A stretch of DNA of 64,000 nt. It comes from Octopus sinensis (taxonomy: Eukaryota). Below, piece by piece: positions 40,575 to 54,160 of this stretch (position 1 is the first letter of the stretch; each line of letters starts with the position of its first letter). The DNA lies in the NCBI RefSeq assembly GCF_006345805.1, contig NC_043000.1:107632001-107696000 (forward strand), in the 5' to 3' direction. Position numbers and translations under genes: made by a program. A model generated the notes under the pieces. It was not told the origin of the DNA. It made no database searches and saw only the letters and a program-made list of their open reading frames with translations.

Positions 40575-40760
40575 TTTAATTGTCTCAGTAATTTGACTTT
40601 GGCCATGCTGGAGCACCGCCTTTAGTCGAGCATGTCGACCCCAGGACTTATTCTTTGTAAGCCTAGTACTTATTCTATCATGCTTTTTTGCCGAACCACT
40701 AAGTTACGGGGACGTAAACACACCAGCATCGGTTGTCAGGCGATGTTGGGGGACAAAAAC
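40575..40760 (-). mobile_element. SINE family B, 3' half
   Basis: ggccatgctggagcaccgcctttagtcgagca..gaccccaggacttattctttgtaagcctagtacttattct. Confidence 0.85.
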
Positions 40761-41236
40761 AGACGCAGAAACGTACACACACACACACACACACACATAC
40801 ACACACACATATATATATCTATAAATATATGTTTGTGGGGGTGTAAATATATTTGTGTAAATGTATGTATGTATAACAGTTCTGTTATTGGGGGAATCAA
40901 CAAAAATATCCTTCATCCAGTGACAGATAAATATCTAAAAAAATAAATAAAAATAAACAAGAGAATGGACATTGGTCTTAGAGAAAGGTGTCCTTTCACG
41001 TTTTTTTTTTCTAAAACGATCAACCTTGTCGTATGTTTGAGTATGAACGATTACTCGGAAACAGAAAGCACGCTGTACAAGCTTTTCAAATTATCGTGGT
41101 TTCACTGCATGAAACTAAATGTCCGCATTTAAATCCTGTGTATATTAAATTATGCTCATGTTTGGGCATGCATAATTTAAATAAACATATACTCATCTAG
41201 AGAATATTGAATAACGCTTCATTTTAACATTCAACT

Positions 41237-41282
<46 letters not shown>

Positions 41283-41866
41283 CATGACATAAAAACAAGC
41301 ATTAATATGTGTGTGTAGATGCATGTGTATGCCTTATATTTTGTATTATTATATATCTTGAGTTTTTCTTTGCTATGACTTAACGTTTTTCAAAATTTAT
41401 ATTAGAACTTTGTATCTTTTTATATATATATATATATATATATACGCCTCGTAATTCTATCAAAGTGTGAACAGAGAGGCAGGCAACCTATAAAACTTTT
41501 TTAATCCCACGTTCTCATAAAAAAAAAAATACATCGTAAACAACATATTCTGCTCGTTTATTTATTTATCTATTTATTTATTTATTTACTGCTCATTATT
41601 TATAGCAATGATCGATTCAGTTTAATAACACACTGCATCAAAGTCGTCAAAACAATCTTCCAAAGCCATAATTATTAAGGATAAAAAAAATGAAAATTAG
41701 AAAAAAAAAAATGAATATTACACGTCATTGATTTTCTCTTTTATTCCACTAACCAATATATTTTCGTACTAATTTTATTCAAATTTGCTTGTATGATATC
41801 TTCCATATCCTCATTTGTATTTCTTTTAATTGAAATCTATTGTTAAAATTCTTCAGGCGAAATTAA

Positions 41867-41923
<57 letters not shown>

Positions 41924-42095
41924 GTCTGTCTGTCTGTCTGTCTGCCTGTCTGTCTGTCTGCCTGTCTGTCTGTTTGTCTACCTGCCTGCCTGTCTATAAA
42001 TTTGTGCAATATATGGTTTCTCAGATTCTTGCGGCTGTCACAGAAACCTGCGATAGTGTACCAAGCTACCATACTATATATTAATCCAATATAAA

Positions 42096-42415
42096 TGATA
42101 AACGTTAAACGTCGCCCTGTTCAAGCCTAGCCAGGCTCATAGGTACGGTTTCCTGGTTTCTGTGGTGTATGTGTTCCCCCTAGCTGGATGGGACGCCAGT
42201 CCATCGCAGCGTTGCTCAAGAAACAGGAAGAGAGTGTGAGAGAAAGTTGTGGCGAAAGAGTACAACAGGGGTCGCCACCACCCTCTGCCGGAGCCTCGTG
42301 GAGCTTTTATGTGCTTTCGCTCAATAAACATACACAACGCCCGGTATGGGAATCGAAACCGCGATCCCCCGACCGCGAGTCCGCTGCTCTAACCACTGGA
42401 CCATTGCGCCTCCAC
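42096..42415 (-). mobile_element. SINE family C, full length, with a perfect 16-bp TSD
   Basis: tRNA-Arg-like head gtggaggcgcaatggtccagtggttagagcagcggactcgcgg; gcgatggactggcgtcccatccag motif (V-domain-like); TSD attaatccaatataaa at 42080-42095 and 42416-42431. Confidence 0.92.
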
Positions 42416-42824
42416 ATTAATCCAATATAAAGGAGTATAATGTAAAGCTCTATACAGCTGAAACCCAAAAGATCCAGTCGATTAAATTATTTCGTGAGGA
42501 GTATAAAAACCATAAAAGTCAGGCGGTATGAGAAATGAATATATTTATTTAACAATGTGATATCATTAGGCTTACGGCCGTTTCTCTGCCTTCAGAAACA
42601 TGTCACAAGAATTTCAGTGTATAATAAATTATTTTACACGTCTGTACCTATATGCATGCTGTGCATTGTACAATACGATCGCGCATTTATAAATCAATGC
42701 AGATAACGAATGATAACACTTCAATACACTGGAATATTATGGTTACACAAATGTTTTAAAATAGTAAAATTGTTAAACGTTACTTTATATATTAGTGAAG
42801 GCCCTTTAAACTTTCCGTAAACCA

Positions 42825-43170
42825 AATCAGCATCTGAATAATGTTAATCGCTTCTCAAATCCTCCAAAAGCCCTCATACATTCTACAGTAAATAATATAT
42901 CCTCTCACATAACACTGCACTCCGCTAGCCAAGAGATTTTGGAGCAAAACGCTAATTACTATAATGAAGTTCTAGCTAGGGCTGATTGCAAAGAGAAAAT
43001 AACATATCGCCCTAAATATAATGATGGCAATTACAATCATATGCCGTCGGAAAGCAATAAAATTAACAGGAGTTGCTCCCGTGATACACCCAATCTGTGA
43101 ACAGCCATAAAACTTGCTTACATAAATGGTATAATCCAAGGAAGAATGGAAAAAGTGTAAATTGTAAGGG
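42825..43170 (+). mobile_element. Penelope-like element, RT C-terminal remnant
   Basis: FRKPNQHL.NVNRFSNPP..I...IS....SASQEILEQNANYYNEVLARADCKEKITY...WYNP. Confidence 0.6.
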
Positions 43171-43235
43171 AAAACACTCAGCAAAGATAATTATGATATT
43201 GATAACACTAATAATAGTATCAATGCTGCTGCTGC

Positions 43236-43303
<68 letters not shown>

Positions 43304-43308
43304 TGATG
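43236..43308. repeat. (AAT)n microsatellite
   Basis: Direct reading. Confidence 0.95.
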
Positions 43309-43319
43309 ATAATATTTTT

Positions 43320-44720
43320 ATCTCATCTGGATCCCCTTGTTTATCCAATGGAACAGCAGGATTTCTTGTGGCCTTATTGCCTCTTTGTTCCAGTGTTTGA
43401 TGTTGTGGTTGCCGCTGCCTTCCTCTTTGGAATTGCAACGGATTTGAGGTTGGGAATATTGGAGCAGCATGAGACACCTCTCTCGCCTTCTCCATAGTGG
43501 GACAGAAAGCTTTTTATTGGCCTATTTCTACACAGATGTAATACCTAGTTTTCCTACCCTCTGCGACCACCCGCATCTGCTCGCACTCCCCGAAATAGAA
43601 AAAGTCTGGATTAGCATGAACTACCGAGCAAACCAAAACCTGGAATTTCATGGACACTCCTGTTCTGTTTTGTTGGGGGCTTGATTGTAAGCGTATCACC
43701 ACCCCGTGCTCTTCTAGTCCCTGTGCTTCTGGCTTAGTCTCTATGAGGAGGTACATCTGAGACCCTGACTTTGGTCACAGGATTTACCATGTATAAAAGG
43801 AGCATCACGTACTGGTCGGATGTGCAGGCCATTGTAGCCATCCTACACGTTTCCTCTTCGTTGCTAGAAACAGCTACCACATTCCCATATTGTTTTCCAC
43901 AACAGACATAAAGTACAGAAGGTCACACCTCCTCGAGGCATTTTTCTATTTCGGCTGTGGAAGGGTGTAGCGGCTTTCTCTCCCTGCGATAAATGTTCTT
44001 ATAAATTATTGTTCTCTTTTTGGTGAAAATCCTTTCCTCTTCTCGGAGGACCATGACGTCGGGTCGAATGATATATTTCTGATATTTTTTAATTTCTTCC
44101 TCTTTCCCTTGCAAGAAAAATGGCGTCGAGCTGGCAGAAACGTTAGCACGCCGGGCGAAATGCGTAGCTGTATTTCGTCTGCCGGTACGTTCTGAGTTGA
44201 AATTCCGCCGAGGTCGACTTTGCCTTTCATCCTTTCGGGGTCGATAAATTAAGTACCAGTTACCCTCTGAGGTCGATATAATCGACTTAATCCGTTTGTC
44301 TGTCCCTGTTTGTCCTCTCTGTGTTTAGCCCCTTGTGGGTAGTAAAGAAATAGGTATTTCGTCTACCGCTACGTTCTGAGTTCAAATTCCGCCAGAGTCG
44401 ACTTTGCCTTTCATCCTTCCGGGGTCGATTAAATAAGTACCAGTTACGCACTGGGGTCGATATAATCGACTTAATCCGTTTGTCTGTCCTTGTTTGTCCC
44501 CTCTATGTTTAGCCCCTTGTGGGCAATAAAGAAATAGGAAATCTTTTCCTCTTCTCGGAGAACCATGACGCCGCGTCGAATGATTATCTTTCTGATATTT
44601 TTTAATTGCCTCCGCTTTCCCTTGCAAGAAATAAGTGGGCCGTGTATTTATTATATTTGGAAGGAAATGTTTTCCTTCGGTGTGTATTCTCGTAACTGTC
44701 TTCGTAAATAGCATTACTAT
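43320..44720 (-). mobile_element. Decayed RLE-type non-LTR remnant(s) (NeSL/HERO- or CRE-like), interrupted by a SINE dimer
   Basis: IIRPDVMV..., RERK...AEIEK, KTRYY.VEIG and a frameshifted SVAIQRG-like stretch; all weak. Confidence 0.35.
44121..44538 (+). mobile_element. SINE family A head-to-tail dimer (head + 184-bp second unit) flanked by a ~92-bp direct repeat
   Basis: Junction aagaaatag|gtatttcgtc at 44353/44354; flanking repeats at 44027-44118 and 44539-44631. Confidence 0.92.
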
Positions 44721-44773
44721 TCATACAGCGCTTCTTTTTTATGCCGATACCACTACTATCTAGTAAATGTATT

Positions 44774-45008
44774 AAGGCGGCGAGCTGGCAGAAACGTTAG
44801 CACGCCGGGCGAAATGCTTTGTGGTATTTCGTCCGCCGCTGCGTTCTGAGTTCAAATTCCGCCGAGGTCGACTTTGCCTTTCATCCTTTCGGGGTCGATA
44901 AATTTAGTACCAGTTACGCACTGGTGTCGATGTAGTCGACTTAATCCGTTTGTCTGTCCTTGTTTCTCCTCTCTCTGTTTAGCCCCTTGTGGGTAGTAAA
45001 GAAATAGG
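44774..45008 (+). mobile_element. SINE family A monomer, young
   Basis: Complete from aaggcggcgagctggcagaaacgttagc to gtagtaaagaaatagg. Confidence 0.92.
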
Positions 45009-45194
45009 TATTATTGTTTTTATTGCTACTGGTTTCGTTACTACTATTATCGTTGTTGGTGTTGTTCTTGCTGATGCCGTTATTGTTGTTGGAGTTGTCA
45101 CAAGTCATGCTGGTGTTAGTGACGTGCTTTGGGTGTTGGCGATGTTGTTGTTGATGTTAGAGGTGAAGGTAGTGGTGGTGTTGGTAGTTGGTAG

Positions 45195-45233
<39 letters not shown>

Positions 45234-45564
45234 GTCTGTAGGTTCTTTGCAAAAGACAAAGGAGTGGTGACTGATACGCTTGTTTCACTACTATGCCTCA
45301 GGTCGATTGAAACCGAGGAAGCAGATACTTTTTCTCCTACACCCACTCCTCTGTTTAGACAAGTGCTGGCCATGCTGTGAAAAAGGATAAATTGAAAAAA
45401 TATGTCCGATAAAATTTTCAGGAAAGTTTTCTTCTTTCAGAAGATACTTCGATACATCGGCCAAAAAAATAATTGCAATTTCAGCGACCGAAAACAGCAA
45501 AAGACAAGCAAAATTAGAGAAAACTCACCAGCAATGATTCGAAGGTAGATTCCACGTGTGAAGC

Positions 45565-45625
<61 letters not shown>

Positions 45626-45629
<4 letters not shown>

Positions 45630-45846
45630 TAAAATATTCAGACAAATACATAACAAAAACACCAGGACTTACAAACACATATAACATACAGAAAATTGCA
45701 CAACTAGGCACTGCACACATCCTACGCAGAACACTTTCCATACAATAACCATCAGAGCATCACAACAAATCACAGCATATACCCAAGGCACACAGAGCTG
45801 CGCTCGGTAGTGAAGTGAAAGCACGCTATAAAAATAAAACTACTGA
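45626..45846 (+). mobile_element. 5'-truncated R4/Dong-clade fragment embedded in (AAT)n
   Basis: KYITKTPGLTNTYNIQKIAQLGTAHILRRTLSIQ* plus 3' UTR; (AAT)n on both sides (45565-45625 and 45847-45866). Confidence 0.85.
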
Positions 45847-45874
45847 ATAATAATAATAATAATAATGATAATTT

Positions 45875-46050
45875 TCAAATTTTTGCCACAAATTTAGTTT
45901 CAAATTTTGCCACAAGGGCAGTTTCGGGGGAGGAGATGAGTTGATTACATCGACCCTAGTTTTCAACTGGTACTTATTTTTATCGACTCCGAAAGGATGA
46001 AAGGCAAAGTCGACCTCGGTGGAATTTGTACTCAGAACGTAGCGATGTAG
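45875..46050 (-). mobile_element. SINE family A, 5'-truncated; its (ATT)n tail is the tract hosting the Dong fragment
   Basis: Central domain and gcccttgtggcaaaatttgaaa tail on the minus strand. Confidence 0.8.
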
Positions 46051-46429
46051 ATTATGTAAATGTTTTGATGTCTATTTCCTCTATCCCTCTGTTCAGTTCC
46101 AGAAAACAGTACTATTAAGGACAGGTAGAATACTTGGGAGGGTTCTTAGCATCTAAGGTTACTTGTTGTAGCCCGATAGGACGGTTCTTGGCATCTAAGG
46201 TTACTTGTAGCCCGATGTAATGATTTTTTTTCTTTTCCAACAGTCTAATTTGTTGAGTGTATATAAAAATAATAATAGCAATAATAAGGACATTTAAATC
46301 GAGTAATATGATTGCCGTTATTTATAATGATCAAACTACTTTGGGCTCTACAACATCTAATCAGCATAAGGTTAACAATACGAATGAAAACAAAAATAAT
46401 TTGCGTAAGAATATTTTGTGATTAAATTT

Positions 46430-47150
46430 TGCTTTTAATGTGGCTAGAAAATATTTTCAAGCTTTGCATAAACACTTCTCTAAATCTAACCGCTGTCATA
46501 AAATGTTCAAAAGACTGTTGAAATCTACTATACCTAATATTGCTGACTATATAGCAAGATTTAACAGTAGTAAATTAAACTGTGTAGCTTATAATACTAC
46601 AGGAAATGACATTACATCTAATATTGCAACTTCTAGCCACCTAAACAGTCACAATACAATATCTATTACAGATAATCGACATACTAATGTTCCCGATTCG
46701 AATAATAGTACTATTAATTATAGTGAAGCTAAACTAATTATACCTACTAATATTCAAGCTAACTTTGCTCTATGTAAATTATGCAATGTCCCATTAATAA
46801 CCAATGCTTTAGGAAAAATATAGTGTATAAATACTCTATTACTGCTTCTGGTAAAGAACATGTTTACATTCGTTTGTCCTCTTCCTCATTCAAAATTCAT
46901 TGTAAATCTAAATTTAGGCACAGAGAAAATGCTAATAGTACATCTCTAGCTAAATTTATTTATTCTTTCACTGACTGAATTAAAAATTTACAACTGAGAT
47001 TAAAATTGCTTGATGTATCGTATGTAGTGCACAACCGTATACAGATGGCAAAGGCCGGTGTGAGATCTGTGTATCTGAGGCATTTAGATTAACAAAATTA
47101 AATCGAATATTATTAATCAGCTTGATGCATTGATTGTAAGATGCCAGCAC
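46430..47150 (+). mobile_element. Penelope-like element, linker + GIY-YIG remnant
   Basis: ARKYFQALHKHFSKSNRCHKMF...PNIADYIARFN; CPINNQCFRKNIVYK...YI.LSSSSFK...KFRHRENANSTSLAKFI; QPYTDGKGRCEICVSE. Confidence 0.75.
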
Positions 47151-47619
47151 CTTAGATATAATTCATTCTTACATTCAAACTATACATAACCTTACACTTA
47201 ATAATCATATCTAATAGAGTTTATTGCTTAGATGAATGCTTTGAATAAATTGGATACCTTGGTCAACCATAATGTTGCCCTATCTTAGAAATAGACAATG
47301 TATTGGAACATATTCAGACATTCTGCTATTTGTAAGAATACTTATTAACCATTAGAGCCAGCACCTAAATGTACATCGTTCATTTATGCCAGCTAATTAC
47401 CTACATTGGTCATATTTAGTCTTACATAGTTGATAATATATCAAACAATACCCAGACTTTCTACAGCCTACACCAATACAATTTAATAATTCCCTATCTT
47501 GCTAACCATAATTTGCTTTTAACACAGAGATAGATAATGAATTATACTATATTCAAACACTCTACTACTCCAAAATACTTATTTCTCATCGATACTAGCT
47601 CCTTAAGTATAACTAGTTT

Positions 47620-48080
47620 CTATTTCTTTTACTTGTGTCAATCATTTGACTGCAGCCATGCTAGGACATCGACTTGAAGGGTTTTACTTGAACAAATAGA
47701 CCCCAGGACTGATTTTTAAAGTCTAGTACTTATTGTTTTGGTCTCTTTTAACGCACCGCTGATTTACGGGGACATAAACACACTAACATCGGCTGTCAAG
47801 CTGTGGTGTGGAACACAGAAAAAAAGCAGACATACACATACATGTGCGCGCACACACACGCACACACACAGAAACAGACAAACACACACGCAAACATACA
47901 CACGCGTGCACATACGACGGGCTTCTTTCAGTTTTCGTCTACCAAATCCACTCACACGGTTTTGTTCGGCCCGAGGTTATAGTAGAAAACACATTCCCAG
48001 GGTGCCACGTGGCAGGACTGAGCCCGGAAACATGTAGTTGGGAATCAAACTTCCTATGACAGGGACACGCTTGTGCCTGT
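47620..48080 (-). mobile_element. SINE family B, full length, older
   Basis: Tail, central block, internal (CA)n and head all recognisable. Confidence 0.85.
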
Positions 48081-48307
48081 ATATTAACTATATTTCACTT
48101 GCTTATTAAACTGAACTACACTGATGAAATTTAACCGTGATCAATATAAACGTTTAATTCCTTAATTCAGTTAACCATAATTTGGTTTTACCTTAATAAT
48201 AGATAATGCTTTACACCATAATGCTGTACACCATATCTAGAAATTCTGCTATTCGTAAACTAATTCTTACACGTCGAGCTATAACATTTCAATACAATAT
48301 ATATCTT

Positions 48308-48681
48308 CTTTACTCTTTTACTTGTTTCAGTCATTTGACTGCGGCCATGCTGGAGCACCGTCTTTAGTCGAGCATGTCGACCCCAGGACTTATTCTTTGT
48401 AAGCCTAGTACTTATTCTATCAGTTTTTTTTGCCGAACCGCTAAGTCACGGAGACGATGAGGGGGGCGGGGCAAACACAGACACACAAACATACACATAT
48501 ATATATATACATATATACGACGGGATTCTTTCAGTTTCCGTCGACCAAATTCACTCACAAGGCTTTGGTTAGCCCGAGGCCATAGTAGAAGACACTTGCC
48601 CAAGGTGCCACGCAGTGGGACTGAACCCGTAACCATGTGGTTGGTAAGCAAGCTACTTACCACAAAGCCACTCCTGCGCCT
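48308..48681 (-). mobile_element. SINE family B, full length
   Basis: End-to-end similarity to the 36970-37367 copy. Confidence 0.92.
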
Positions 48682-49842
48682 ATTAATTTCATTTTGTATA
48701 TGCATTTTAAAACTTACAAGTCTAGCGTCGCTGACATGACCTGTTAATTGTAGGTTTTTAAACAAACAGAAATACCTAATAAAATCAACATGTATCATCT
48801 TACTGTTTCTTTTGTCTCTTCGCTGATTGTATGCTTTTACTATGTTTTTAATTTGTTATATTAATATATTTGTCTGCATATGTTTACTTTATGCATATTT
48901 CAGTATTATGTATACCTGTCATGTATTTGTGTACATCATTAATATATAAGTGCCTGTGGATGTATGTATTCATTTATGTTTATATGTAAATTTATGCAGT
49001 CATGTGTGTTTGTGTGTGTGTGTGTGTGAAAGGGGTGTCTTTTTCCATGCTTGGATTTGTAAACTACGATAAGAATAACATATATGAAATAAACAATATG
49101 TAAAAATACAAACACAGAAAAAGCACAGAAAAATACTAACACACAGAAGCACAGAAAAAAATATGTAATTTGCTAACACACAGAAAAATTAAAACAAAAC
49201 ACGGGCATGAAATGAATCACGTGGTGTGAAGAATCAAATGTGTAAAATCAAAAAAAAAAAAAAAAAACAACGGGCGTCACAAATGACAATGAAGTGAACC
49301 ACAAAATCGCAGACAACAGTGAAGTGAACCACAACAAGCTTCTAATGCCACACTACCTGTTGATTGGCTAAAATTACCCAAAGTTCGTATCTTTAAACCC
49401 AAATAACATTAGATTCTTTAAGTTACGAGATAAAGTAATTAGTTGATCGTAATCAGAATTTAGAATTGCATCGATACGCCAAAATCGAAAGCAATCTGAG
49501 CAAAATTAAAATGTGTGGTAGTGGTGGAGGAAGGTTCAATTTGAGAATGAGAAAGACTAGATCCCTAAATTTATCTAGCATCGGTTTTCCATACATCGCA
49601 TATAAAAAGGGAATTTTGGATGTATATGCAGAGTTGAAGTATTGGTGTAGCCCTCATGTTCCAGTGAACGGATGACCTAGCCTTCTTGAACAGCATTGAT
49701 TTGTAAACGTACAATCGTATTGTATGATGCGTAGGATGCGTATTGGTGTGGACATGTAAAGTAATTTTTTTATACACTGAAATTATTATTACATGATGAA
49801 CACAGCGATACAACTCTCCTGAAGTCCTGAAGGTTATATATA

Positions 49843-49906
<64 letters not shown>

Positions 49907-49967
49907 GTCACATACGAATAGGCGAAAAGATTTTGAATGTTTTGAAAATAACGAATATACTTAAGTA

Positions 49968-50155
49968 AAGCGCAAGAGTGGCTGTGTGGTAAGTAGCTTG
50001 CTTACCAACCACATGTTCCCGGGTTCAGTCCCACTGCGTGGCACCTAGTGCAAGTGTCTTCTCCTATAACCTTGAGCCGACCAAAGCCTTGTGAGTGGAT
50101 TTGGTAGACGGAAACTGAAAGAAGCCCGTCGTACATATGTATATATATATATATA

Positions 50156-50203
<48 letters not shown>

Positions 50204-50400
50204 CTGTGTCTGCGTTTGTACCCCCAATATCGCTTGACAACCGATACTCGTGTGTTTACGTCCCCGTAACTTAGCGGTTCGGCAAAAGACACCGATAGGC
50301 TTACAAAGAATAAGTCCTGGGGTCGATTTGCTCGACTAAAGGTGGTGCTCTATCATGGCCGCAGTCAAATCACTGAAACAAGTGAAAGAGTAAAAGAGTA
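49968..50400 (+). mobile_element. SINE family B, full length
   Basis: Head, internal (TA)n(TG)n, tail gaaagagtaaaagag. Confidence 0.92.
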
Positions 50401-51485
50401 AACATAAATAAAGAATTTTGGAACCCAGGACACGAATAAATGTCTTTCCGTGATCGAGGATAGTTTATGCATCCATATTTAAGACACTTATTGCCCAATC
50501 ATTTTAAAGGTTTCCTCCATTAACGCGTTACTTACCATGCTTATGTTGAAATACATTTAATTTGTTTCAATTAATTTGGAAAATATTAAAGAGTTTTAAA
50601 AACTATATCTGCTGCTATTAAGCTCACATTTGAAACGTTGATTAACAAGAAATGTTTATGAAAAGATTTAATTAATTAAGATCATCGTATTACTGGGAAT
50701 TTGTATCATAGAACTAGAGGCGGTTTCATGCAGGTTTCTATGAAATGGTGACAGTTTTAAATGAAGATATTTGAAGAGCTAAGCAAATTTTAATCAATAA
50801 TAGATGCTCAAATATGTTAGTAGGCAGAGCTGTAGAAAAATAATGGAAAACGAAACCAAAAAAAAAAAAACCAATCCATCCACACAGATACAATAGATAG
50901 TACATGAAACACCTCGTAAAAAGACAGTAAAAATTCTTATACTCCATGAACCAAATTCACTCACATAGTACGTTACTGAGATCTTAGGACACAGGGATAT
51001 CATGCATCAAACTTAACTTCTGCCAGACAATTAAAATACATTATAAAAATGTATAATAAAAAGCAGTCATATCAACATGAAAACTCAAATACCCAAACCA
51101 TAGACATTACTTTAGGCGACTGGTGTAAATATTTGAATTTCAATACAGAGATGAAAATCGTAAACTTCACGACTTAGATATTTATTTCAGACTTACAAGT
51201 ACAACTCTTTTGAAGTCGATTGCCCATGCATTTACGACAAGGAACCATTGTGTCAAATTATAATGCAGAATACGAAACAGATTTAATGGGAAAAATATTA
51301 TCTTTTACTTATATTTTTCTTATTCCAGTCATTAGACTGTGGCCGTCTCATACAGAGCTCCGAGAAAGAAAAGAAAACAGTGATATAAATAATATATAAG
51401 TTAGAGAAATAGGAAAGCACAGAACAAGGATCAGCTTATAAATGCAGCAGAGCGAAAATAAACTATGAAAATTAACAGGAGTATA

Positions 51486-51683
51486 TCTCTTTTACTCTTT
51501 TACTTGTTTCAGCCATTTGACTGCGACCATGCTGGAGCTTTGCCTTTATTCGAGCAAATCGACCCCAGGACTTATTCTTTTCTAAGCCTAGTACTTTTTA
51601 TATCGGTCACTTTTGCTGAACCGCCAAGTTACGGGGACGTAAACGCACCAGCATCTGTTGTCAAGCGATGCTGGGGGAAAACA

Positions 51684-51753
<70 letters not shown>

Positions 51754-51913
51754 CATACATATATACGACGGGCTTCTTTCAGTTTCCGTCTACCAAATCC
51801 ACTCACAAGGCTTTGGTTGGCCCGAGGCTATAGTAGAAGACACTTGCCCAAGGGACTGAATTGGGAACCATGTGTTTGGTCAGCAAGCTACTTACCACAC
51901 AGCCACTCCTGCG
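51486..51913 (-). mobile_element. SINE family B, full length
   Basis: As above, with internal (CA)n(TA)n. Confidence 0.9.
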
Positions 51914-52879
51914 CTCGGCTATGATTTATTTCCCCAGAAATACTATTATTCCAATGACCCGTTATTTCAATGCTGCACATTACAAAATGCATTAACAACT
52001 CGCACACCCGTTCAAATAAGCTGATAAAATCGATGATGATTTTATCATTTACATAGATTATGCTCATGATCTTTTACTGTCAATTACAAAACGCAATAAC
52101 AAGTACGCATCACCTCAATACATATATATGTGGTTTTACTTTCAGTAGAAGTTACAGAAATATTCATATATTCATGTTCAATATTATTAATGCACTTAGA
52201 ATAACCGAATACAAATTTCTCACTGTTTTTTTTGTTTCTGTTTTGCTCTGTGAGAATTAAAAGCATTGAAAGGCTGGAGACTAAAATCTATTATGTATAC
52301 ATATAAACATTTTATTTCCTACAATTTGCTTAGTCGCAGACACGTTCTTATACCACAAACGTACGCATATAAATTAATATCAGTCAACCTCCCCTCCCCC
52401 ACGACTACCACCCAAAATCTCACTGAATTATAGGCGTCTATTAAGAGTAAATGAATTCAAATGGAAATCCAGAAAAAAAATTGTTTCTTTCTCCGTTTCA
52501 TTTTCTCTGCTATTCTTTCTGTCAGCCTCCTTCTGGTTTGGTCTCTCGCTTAAACTCTAAAGTTTCTGCAAACTTTTCCTCGCGTTTATGCGCGGGCGCA
52601 CGCACACACGCATACACAGACACACAGACACACACACTATATCCATGCTTTACACAGACAAACGTACGCAGTAAAACGATAAACAACTCACCATATCTAT
52701 CTATATATCTACCTTTGTATAAGTATACATACATACATACACAGACAGACAGACAGACACACACACACACACACACAGACACACACATATATATCTATAT
52801 ATAACTACACTTTGATACCGACATACATCCGTACATGTGTAGCGAGTCATGAAAGCACTATTTTATCGTGGTGGCATAG

Positions 52880-53083
52880 CACAGTCGTGACCACGTTTGT
52901 ATCATTGGCGATTTTTTTTCTCCGTCTTCCCTTCCTTGGACCTTTCCTTTTTCTATGTTTCCGAGGAGGAGCTCCGCTCGAAACGTTTCATCCTCCTTCT
53001 TTCCTTTCCTGAGCGTCCAATAACACTATACTTGTTCCACCTCCCCGCGTTGTTGTGTTTTCTCTTTGTTCATGTTTGGATTA

Positions 53084-53087
<4 letters not shown>
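52880..53087 (+). mobile_element. PLE-type terminal fragment ending in (TA)n with a decayed hammerhead-like motif
   Basis: CCGAGGA-G-GAGC tcc GCTC-GAAAC at ~52959-52985; downstream ttcctgagcg..taa similar to the 32592-32772 element. Confidence 0.5.
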
Positions 53088-53118
<31 letters not shown>

Positions 53119-53689
53119 CATTCTTTTACACCACATTATAAATGTTTAGGACTCACTGAAACAAAACAGAACAAAAGTGAAGGTTTTATAATCCTTTAAA
53201 ATTTAATTGCTCTGAACCATTCTCTTCATCACCACATCAGATATGTCACTGTTATACACTCCCATACAAACATGCAAACACATAAGTATATATGCTCACA
53301 AAGATATAAACCTCCACTCCAGACACACCCATGCATACCTACGTGCACACATGCATACTCTGCTCCACATCAAAGTTTTCTAGTTCGTGGTGAGTTTCAT
53401 TATGCAAGAATATAAAAAAACTTAGTTTGAGTTTTATGGTGGTTCAATGATCTAGAAACATTAATTTTTCTTCTATTACGGTATAAATAAATATACTCTA
53501 ACTTCCACACACCATCAGTTTAGGCAAATATTTGAGAGTAGTTTCGTTGTTCTGTGAGAGTGAGAACAATTACTATGAAACTGTTTTTGTGCGACTTTAT
53601 AGGATCTATCTGCATTCTCGTGCAATAAGTAGAGTCTGTATTTCATGTACTTTAGAGAGTATCGTCCATCCATCCATCCATCTTCACTG

Positions 53690-54160
53690 TCCACTATTCC
53701 TGGGATGGTCGTGGCTGTAGAATCCTCAGGGTACCTCCTCTGTTGAGTTTTATCCTAAGCAACCGTCATAACACTTTCCAGCTGGATTTTCAAATGTGAC
53801 CAAGACTATGGATATTACCCAGCTATCTACTCCTAGGTCTCCTGCTGGTTGACTCGGCTTCAATAATCTATCTTGCGATCCTTTCCCGTGATATACTAAT
53901 TACGCATTCTTTGTACCTTAGCTGTAACTTCTCAATGCGGAGAATTAGTGGCCCGATCTAGAGAGACACTCTGATCTCTGAGCTACGCACCCAGTCTAAA
54001 GATCCTTCGGAAGAATCCTAGTTTGGCTGCTTGTATTCGCGATCTCATTCTTTATTGTCATTACCCAACATTCATGACCTTGGGTGAGGATAGGGAGAAA
54101 AACCACACTGAAAATAGCAAAGTTGGCTTTTTAAATCAACCTCCCCTCTTTTGAGGATCG
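53690..54160 (-). mobile_element. RTE-clade LINE, 3' fragment
   Basis: AKLAIFSVVFLPILTQGHECWVMT matches the RTE motif K.KL.I...I..P.LTYGHE.WVMT; the downstream part is degenerate. Confidence 0.7.

Noticed and set aside
42340-42415. tRNA-Arg(UCG)-like gene (also at 14541 and 63745)
   Set aside because: These are SINE heads: no closing acceptor stem, followed by a SINE body, tail and TSD.
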